Assembly: GCA_016210665.1 (NCBI GenBank)
Contig: JACQTT010000078.1
Location: forward strand, 1 to 47,572
Length of the DNA stretch: 47,572 nucleotides
Direction: 5' to 3'
Origin: Chloroflexota bacterium
GTDB lineage: Bacteria > Chloroflexota > Dehalococcoidia > Lucifugimonadales > JACQTT01
Shown here: positions 41,967-47,572 of the stretch, one piece after another
Layout of the letters: every line of letters begins with the position of its first letter
Numbering within the stretch: position 1 is the stretch's first letter
Notes under the pieces: generated by a model
The model's database searches: none
Told to the model about the DNA's origin: nothing
Seen by the model: only the letters and a program-made list of their open reading frames with translations
Position numbers and translations under genes: made by a program

Positions 41967-42053
41967 GTCATTCTGAGCCCCGACTCGTCGGGGCGAAGAA
42001 TCTGGGGCTGGGCCTCCCCCCAGACCCTTCGTCGCTCCGCTCCTCAGGGTGAC
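41967..42053. repeat. Structured REP/MITE-like element, family 1
   Basis: GTCATTCTGAGCCCCGACTCGTCGGGGCGAAGAATCTGGGG...CCCCAGACCCTTCG...CTCAGGGTGAC has two imperfectly inverted halves with an internal hairpin. A second copy is at 45630..45720. Confidence 0.7.
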
Positions 42054-42109
42054 GGAAGCAACACGTTTTTTCTGAAACAGAGCACTAGCCTTTCCAATAA
42101 TTAGGGAGG

Positions 42110-42886
42110 ATGGAAATAGATACGCAGCGCCTGGAAAGATTGCTGGAGCAGTTCAGAGTTGGCGAGGTAGGCCTTAAGGAGGTAATTTCTCAACTAAAGG
42201 CTATGCCTTATCAGGACTTGGATTTCGCCAAGGTGGACCACCATCGGGAGCTACGAAGAGGCTTCCCGGAGGTCATCCTTGGGCAGGGCAAGACTCCTGA
42301 ACAGATCTCCGCCATCTCCGAAGCCATCCTAGAGAACAGCGATCGCCTCCTGGTAACCAGGGTTGACCAAGGCGTTTTTGAAGAGGTAAAGAAGAAAGTG
42401 CCCGATGCCTCTTATAGCCCAAGGGCCAAGGCCATTGTGGTTAACCGCAGGAGAGAAGTGGCCATGATAACAGGCATTGTGGTCGTCAGCGGCGGCACCT
42501 CCGACCTACCTGTTGCAGAAGAGGCCGCTTTGACGGCAGAGCTTATGGGCTGCCAGGTAAAACACATTATTGACGTGGGAGTTTCTGGTTTGCATCGCCT
42601 GTTGAGCCACCTACCCAGCTTACAGCACGCCCGGGTAATAGTAGCCGTAGCAGGTATGGAAGGGGCCTTGCCCAGCGTGGTGGCGGGCCTGGTTGCGGCA
42701 CCCGTAATTGCAGTGCCTACAAGCATAGGATACGGAGCAAGTTTCGAGGGTATTGCTCCCCTCTTGACCATGTTGAATAGCTGTGCCCCAGGCGTATCCG
42801 TAGTCAACATTGACAACGGTTTCGGGGCCGGCTACCTGGCCGCCTTGATTAACATGGCGTCAGTTCAAGGTACGGCTGAAAAGTAA
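42110..42886 (+). CDS. larB: Nickel-pincer cofactor biosynthesis protein LarB (AIR-carboxylase-like)
   Basis: 258 aa with YQDLDFAKVDHHRELRRGFPEVILGQGKT...VVSGGTSDLPVAEEAALTAELMG...VAVAGMEGALPSVVAGLVAAPVIAVPTSIGYG...LLTMLNSCAPGVSVVNIDNGFGAG, the LarB signature. Confidence 0.85.
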   Translation: MEIDTQRLERLLEQFRVGEVGLKEVISQLKAMPYQDLDFAKVDHHRELRRGFPEVILGQGKTPEQISAISEAILENSDRLLVTRVDQGVFEEVKKKVPDASYSPRAKAIVVNRRREVAMITGIVVVSGGTSDLPVAEEAALTAELMGCQVKHIIDVGVSGLHRLLSHLPSLQHARVIVAVAGMEGALPSVVAGLVAAPVIAVPTSIGYGASFEGIAPLLTMLNSCAPGVSVVNIDNGFGAGYLAALINMASVQGTAEK

Positions 42887-43013
42887 GGCTGCCCTTCATT
42901 ATGTAAAGAAGCCATAGAGATACTTGGATCTCTCTTGGTAAGTTTCCCTTCAAACCAGGTATCTCTAGTATTCCCTTGCGTAAATCAGCGTACGGAAGGG
43001 CACAGCCTGAGCT

Positions 43014-43095
43014 CCCGCTCATCCTGAGCCGTGTCGGAGGACGTGAGCGGGACTTTCCCACCGCTCGTATGGTTCGACAAGCTCACCACGAGCGG
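43014..43095. repeat. Structured REP-like element, family 2 (two hairpins)
   Basis: Stem CCCGCTCA (43014..43021) pairs with TGAGCGGG (43044..43051). Stem CCGCTCGT (43061..43068) pairs with ACGAGCGG (43088..43095). The element is intergenic between larB and the peptidase gene and contains the GGTTCGACAAGCTCACCACGAGCGG-type motif common in such repeats. Confidence 0.5.
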
Positions 43096-43276
43096 CAACC
43101 ATCGAGACAACTTTTTGCGCATCGCCGCCTCCTATACCTCACCGAACTGATTTCTAGCTCCGTTGGCATCTGGATATGCCAGCTTTCTTAGTGATATACT
43201 TCGCCCTGCCTCGTCTATACGGCTATAATAAGGGCTTTTTGAAGTTACCAGAACAATACTGCCTAGAGGTGTAAGC

Positions 43277-44665
43277 ATGGATCCTCGGGTAAAAGCAGCC
43301 ATTGAAGGCAGCTTGGATGAGAGCATAAGGGACCTGCAACGCCTATGCCATCAGCCCAGTGTGGGGGCACAGAACTGGGGAATACTGGAATGCGCTCAAC
43401 TGATGAGAGACCTGCTACAAGAGGCAGGGGTATCGGCGAGAATATTGCCCACTCCCAATAAGGGAAACCCTGTTGTCTATGGAGAGCTAAAGGGAACCTC
43501 ATCCAATACCTTGATCTTTTATGACCACTATGATGTTCAGCCGGCGGAGCCCCTGGAGCTTTGGGAGACGCCCCCTTTTGAGCCTGCCATCAGGGAGAAC
43601 CGTATGTATGCTCGGGGCATCTCCGATGACAAAGGCCACATCGTGGCACGGCTGGCCGCCATTAAAGCCCTTCTGAGAGTCCAGGGCAGGCTCCCCTGCT
43701 CGGTAAAGTTCTGTATCGAGGGGGCAGAGGAGATGGGAAGCCCCAACTTTGTTCCCTTTGTAGAGCAGAACAAACAGCTCTTAAAGGCGGATGTCTGTAT
43801 CTGGGAAGCCGGCGGAGTCAACTGGGAGGGCCGCCCTACCGTTAACTTGGGCATGAAAGGCATCCTTTACGTAGAGCTGGAGGCCAGGACTGCCAATAGA
43901 GACTCTCACTCCTCCTGGGGTACAGTAGTAGCCAATCCAGCCTGGCGCCTGGCGTGGGCTTTATCTACCCTTAAAGACCAGGATGAAAACCTACTGATTC
44001 CAGGGTTCTATGACGATGTTCGCCCTCCGCTACCCCTAGAGATAGATGCCATATCAAGGATGCCCGACGAGGATGAAGAGCTACGTCAAAGTCTGCAAGT
44101 GGAGGGATTTCTCAAGGGAGTAAGGGGTAAGGAATTCCTCCGACGTCACCTCTTGGAGCCTACGTGTAATATCTGCGGCATTGAGTCCGGCTATACGGGT
44201 TCTGGCACAAAAACGGTGTTGCCCCACTGGGCCAAGGCCAAGATAGATTTCCGTCTGGTGCCTAACCAACGGTATGAGGATATCCTAGATAAGCTCAGAC
44301 GGCATCTGGATAGTAAAAGATTCGCCGATATTAAGATTAACTATTCCGATGGTGAGAATCCCGGCCGAACCCCAATAGATCATCCCTGGGTGCGTTTGGT
44401 AGCCGACGCCGCCATGGAGGTCTATGGCAGCGAGCCAGTGATTATTCCTACCAATGCTGGCAGCGGGCCAATCCACTGTTTCACCGATATCCTTGGCATA
44501 CCCGTTGCTACCTGCGGGATCGGCTATCCGGAGAGCCGAATTCATGCTCCCAATGAGAACATTCAGTTTGACTATTTCACAAAGGGAGTGCTGCATACCG
44601 CAGCAGTCATGGAACGCCTGGGCAACCTGAACAAAACCACTCTTACTGAAAACCTGCATCACTAG
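43277..44665 (+). CDS. M20-family metallopeptidase (dipeptidase / ArgE-DapE-CPG2 type)
   Basis: 462 aa with LIFYDHYDVQPAEP..W..PPFEP, ARGISDDKGHIVA, and EGAEEMGS followed by the dimerisation-domain layout. Confidence 0.85.
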   Translation: MDPRVKAAIEGSLDESIRDLQRLCHQPSVGAQNWGILECAQLMRDLLQEAGVSARILPTPNKGNPVVYGELKGTSSNTLIFYDHYDVQPAEPLELWETPPFEPAIRENRMYARGISDDKGHIVARLAAIKALLRVQGRLPCSVKFCIEGAEEMGSPNFVPFVEQNKQLLKADVCIWEAGGVNWEGRPTVNLGMKGILYVELEARTANRDSHSSWGTVVANPAWRLAWALSTLKDQDENLLIPGFYDDVRPPLPLEIDAISRMPDEDEELRQSLQVEGFLKGVRGKEFLRRHLLEPTCNICGIESGYTGSGTKTVLPHWAKAKIDFRLVPNQRYEDILDKLRRHLDSKRFADIKINYSDGENPGRTPIDHPWVRLVADAAMEVYGSEPVIIPTNAGSGPIHCFTDILGIPVATCGIGYPESRIHAPNENIQFDYFTKGVLHTAAVMERLGNLNKTTLTENLHH

Positions 44666-44677
44666 AAGGGAGGACAT

Positions 44678-45562
44678 ATGAAGTTTGGCATCTGCTTACC
44701 CCACTACAATCTGCCCATAAGGGCCTCCGGTCTGTTGGAGGTTGCCACAAGAGCCGAGGATTTGGGCTTCGATTCCATCTGGGTCACCGATCATATCATC
44801 GTGCCCAAGAGCCTTAACATAGGGTATAGAGAGCATATGCTGGAACCCCTAGCCCTGATGGCCTACCTTGGCGGCGTCACCAAAAAGGTAGCTATAGGAA
44901 GCAGCGTGTTCATTCTCCCTTACCGTAACCCTATCGTGATGGCAAAGGCGGTTGCTACTGCTGATGTACTCTCAGGGGGAAGGATTATTTTCGGCGCTGC
45001 GGTGGGATGGATGGAGGCGGAGTTTCAGGCTCTTGGCGCTCCCTTTGCCGATAGAGGAGCCAGGAGCGATGAATATCTACGCCTTATCAAGCTACTTTGG
45101 AGCGAGGGCGTATCCAGCTTCCAGGGTAGGTACTTCCAGTTTCAGGACATGGCCTTCTCACCTCAACCGGTGCAGAGACCGCATCCGCCCATATGGATAG
45201 GCGGCAGAAGTCGCCGGGCCATTCGTCGCGCCGCCGAGCACGGCGACGCCTGGCACCCGACAGGCATGACCCATGACCAACTGGAGAAAGAGGCATCCTA
45301 TTTCAAGAAGATGTGGGCCGCCAAAGGCAGGACTGGAGAGCCTCAAATCACCATGAGAGGCGGCTTAAATATCACTGACAACGCTCTAGGCTCAGAGCGG
45401 AGGGCCCTCAACGGCTCCGCCTCTCAGATTAGGGAAGATATCCAGAGGTACGCCAGCCTCGATGTTAGCCATATCATAATGGATATGGCAGGTAATAGCT
45501 ACGAGGCCAAAATAAAGAGCATGGAGCGCTTCGTCAAGGAGATAAGGCCACGTTTGTCCTAG
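44678..45562 (+). CDS. LLM-class F420-dependent oxidoreductase (third LLM in the window)
   Basis: 294 aa with MKFGICLPH...AEDLGFDSIWVTDHI...LEPLALMAYLGGVTKKVAIGSSVFILPYRNP...GGRIIFGAAVGW...PHPPIWIGG. Confidence 0.85.
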   Translation: MKFGICLPHYNLPIRASGLLEVATRAEDLGFDSIWVTDHIIVPKSLNIGYREHMLEPLALMAYLGGVTKKVAIGSSVFILPYRNPIVMAKAVATADVLSGGRIIFGAAVGWMEAEFQALGAPFADRGARSDEYLRLIKLLWSEGVSSFQGRYFQFQDMAFSPQPVQRPHPPIWIGGRSRRAIRRAAEHGDAWHPTGMTHDQLEKEASYFKKMWAAKGRTGEPQITMRGGLNITDNALGSERRALNGSASQIREDIQRYASLDVSHIIMDMAGNSYEAKIKSMERFVKEIRPRLS

Positions 45563-45629
45563 AGGCGATTCGACTTAATCCAAATCTTGAGAGAATGAGC
45601 CCTGCGCAGAATGTCGTTGGTATGAAAGT

Positions 45630-45720
45630 GTCATTCCGAGTCCCGATGTGTCGGGACGAAGAATCTGGGGCCGGGTTGTGTGCACCACTGCCCCAGACCC
45701 TTCGCTTTGCTCAGGGTGAC
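45630..45720. repeat. Structured REP/MITE-like element, family 1, second copy
   Basis: GTCATTCCGAGTCCCGATGTGTCGGGACGAAGAATCTGGGG...CCCCAGACCCTTCGCTTTGCTCAGGGTGAC lies between convergent genes. Confidence 0.7.
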
Positions 45721-45757
45721 AGGGCAGAGTTTTTGTACAAAGCTGCAGCGTGGTAAC

Positions 45758-47278
45758 TCATACCAAGGCCTTCATATCCGTCAGCTGGCGCTCCAGCCAA
45801 TGAGTTATATCCTCCCGTTCGATCGCCTGTATCAAGAACTTTTGTCTTCGCTCTCGTTCCTCAAGAGGCATTGCAAGAGCCTGGTATAAAGCCTGAGCCG
45901 TACCGAACAGGTCGGTAGGGGAGACCTCTAAGGCACCCTCCCTAAGCTGCTCGAATCCACCTGCGGATTCCGATAGTATAAGAACGCCCTGCCGAGTATT
46001 GACCACGGGGCCCTCTTTTGCCACCGGGTTCATCCCCTCAATAACAGAGTTAACCATTAGGACATCGTAAAGACGCATTCCAGCTATAGCTTGGGCATAG
46101 TTATTCTCATAAAACACCTTCACAGGTTGCCAACCTTCGTGGCCAAAAGCAGAGTTAATAGAGTTGACCATCTCCTGGATCTCCTCTACATACCGCTGAT
46201 ATTGCCGAATGTGCGAGCGGGAGGGGACCAGAAAGGCGAGGAACTTTACCCGCTCACGGAACTCTGGATATTTCTCCAGGAGAATTTGAAAAGCTCTGAA
46301 ACCTCGGAGTATGTTCTTGCTGGGTTCTATCCTATCTACCCTAACAATGGTCTTCTCACCAGAAAGAGTTGACAGACGCTTTTCATATTCCAGTGCCCGA
46401 GGCGAGTTGGCAATCCGCCTTAACTCCTCAACATCTATAGATATGGGATAGGCCCTGACAGCAACACGACGGTTATCTATTTGAACACAACAATCAGTGT
46501 GGTCCACCTTAGCATCTGGGAGAAAGGCTTCACAGGTCTCCAAAAAGCCTCTGACGTCGCGCATACTCTGGAAGCCAACAATGTCGTTAGCACAAAGACT
46601 ACGACATAAAGCTATTCGCATAATGCTGGGAATAAGCTGCCAATAGGTTGCACCTGGCCAGGGTACGTGGATGAAGTGCTGCATAATGGCCTTTGGAAGC
46701 TTCTGGCGTATGTAGTTTGGAGCTAGATACAAATGGTAGTCATGGAGCATCACAAAGGGAGGTGAATGCCCCTCCTGAGCCTCGGAGATCACTGCCTCTG
46801 CAAAGGCCTGGTTCACAGGGATATACCCCGTCTCCCAGGCATCATACACCGAGTCATCTATATTAGGGGTATAAGGAGCGCTCCACATATAATGCTGGAG
46901 GAACCACAGTAGAGGATTACAAACGATGTTGTAAAACTTGTGATAGGCCCTTCTAGGCGTCACCACGAATCGTACTGAGACTGTTTGCCCAGGAATGGGA
47001 GACTTGAACCGCTTACCCTGGGACGCCTCCGCAGCCTGACGGTCTCCTTCCCCCATTGCACTAGCGATCCAGGTAAAGTCAATGTGTCTGGTCAGGGAAC
47101 TCAACGCGGTAACTACTGCCCCGCTTCCCCTGTGAGCCTGAAGATGGCCGTCCGGAGTGACAAGATAATCCACTGGCCCTCTATTGCTCACAAGAAGGAG
47201 ACGTCGTTCTCTGAGCATCTCCTTGCACAGCTCAACGACTCTTTCACTGCGTCTTTCACCGCTAACGGAAGCCGTCAT
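45758..47278 (-). CDS. otsA: Trehalose-6-phosphate synthase (GT20)
   Basis: LLLVSNRGPV..., HDYHLYLAP, and FIHVPWP followed by the GT20 C-terminal layout (RVDRIEPSKNILRGFRAF..., VMVNSVIEGMNPVAKEG). The preferred start is ATG 47278; the ORF-track extension to 47356 was rejected. Confidence 0.9.
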   Translation of the reverse strand: MTASVSGERRSERVVELCKEMLRERRLLLVSNRGPVDYLVTPDGHLQAHRGSGAVVTALSSLTRHIDFTWIASAMGEGDRQAAEASQGKRFKSPIPGQTVSVRFVVTPRRAYHKFYNIVCNPLLWFLQHYMWSAPYTPNIDDSVYDAWETGYIPVNQAFAEAVISEAQEGHSPPFVMLHDYHLYLAPNYIRQKLPKAIMQHFIHVPWPGATYWQLIPSIMRIALCRSLCANDIVGFQSMRDVRGFLETCEAFLPDAKVDHTDCCVQIDNRRVAVRAYPISIDVEELRRIANSPRALEYEKRLSTLSGEKTIVRVDRIEPSKNILRGFRAFQILLEKYPEFRERVKFLAFLVPSRSHIRQYQRYVEEIQEMVNSINSAFGHEGWQPVKVFYENNYAQAIAGMRLYDVLMVNSVIEGMNPVAKEGPVVNTRQGVLILSESAGGFEQLREGALEVSPTDLFGTAQALYQALAMPLEERERRQKFLIQAIEREDITHWLERQLTDMKALV

Positions 47279-47486
47279 TTTGTTCGGTAGATACCAGATC
47301 AAAGGCGATGGCTTGAGGACAAAAGCAGAGGCAGAATAGATACTCCTTAATCTCAACGCCTACGCCAAGACAGGCCAACTTGCTGCAAATTAGCATCAGG
47401 GATATACCCTTGTCAAGCTTAGCCATGTCCCGGTAGTGGGTCAATTTGAATTTGACAGACAAGCGAATAGTTGGTACGCTAGAGTT

Positions 47487-47572
47487 ATGGCAAAGCGCTC
47501 ACGCAAGACTCCTCAAGACATTAACGCCTTGGCTGCCTATGTGGTAGCAAAAGCCACAGAGGAATTCCAGGA
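47487..47572 (+). CDS. Start of an unidentified ORF running off the window end
   Basis: ATG 47487 opens MAKRSRKTPQDINALAAYVVAKATEEFQ..., which stays open to the window end. It is too short to classify. Confidence 0.25.
   Translation, partial: MAKRSRKTPQDINALAAYVVAKATEEFQ

Noticed and set aside
41821-42109. Looked for dnaA or an oriC with DnaA boxes next to dnaN
   Set aside because: No dnaA gene flanks dnaN here (larB is the divergent neighbour), and I saw no TTATCCACA-type boxes in the 289-nt intergenic region. Only a promoter and a REP-like element are present.

Overview
A 47.6-kb bacterial chromosomal window of about 55% GC. Paralogous LLM oxidoreductases, family-5 solute-binding proteins and structured REP-like repeats weakly suggest a Chloroflexota-type genome. 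All family assignments come from motifs read in the translations; no database search was run.

Layout:
- (1) A MarR-MATE efflux operon with MFS fragments.
- (2) A 9.4-kb integrated element at tRNA-Thr(CGU), bounded by a 45-bp direct repeat. It carries a tyrosine integrase, two excisionase-type HTH genes, a primase/P-loop replication protein, a lone small terminase subunit and a secreted-nuclease cargo operon. This is a phage-satellite (PICI-like) layout.
- (3) glgB.
- (4) A compact cyclic-nucleotide signalling cluster: REC fused to a TrxR-like domain lacking CxxC, a cNMP-binding histidine kinase, a CoA-binding protein, a 1224-aa class III cyclase-STAND-TPR protein and an MBL-fold hydrolase.
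- (5) A paralogue field of two LLM oxidoreductases and three orphan family-5 SBPs around tRNA-Arg(UCG), with a decayed integrase relic.
- (6) Housekeeping genes: biotin carboxylase, MscS, gamma-CA-like, DUF971, MFS, larB, M20 peptidase, a third LLM and otsA.
- (7) The most unusual feature: directly downstream of dnaN, the last ~30 nt of dnaN (encoding ...MFVQW-stop) recur five times in the same orientation. They delimit four small co-oriented cassettes (antitoxin/RelE, HicA/HicB, a 321-aa unknown protein, a truncated retropepsin-like ORF) with no recombinase in the array. This looks like an integron-like or satellite-like cassette array that uses the 3' end of an essential gene as its attachment site.
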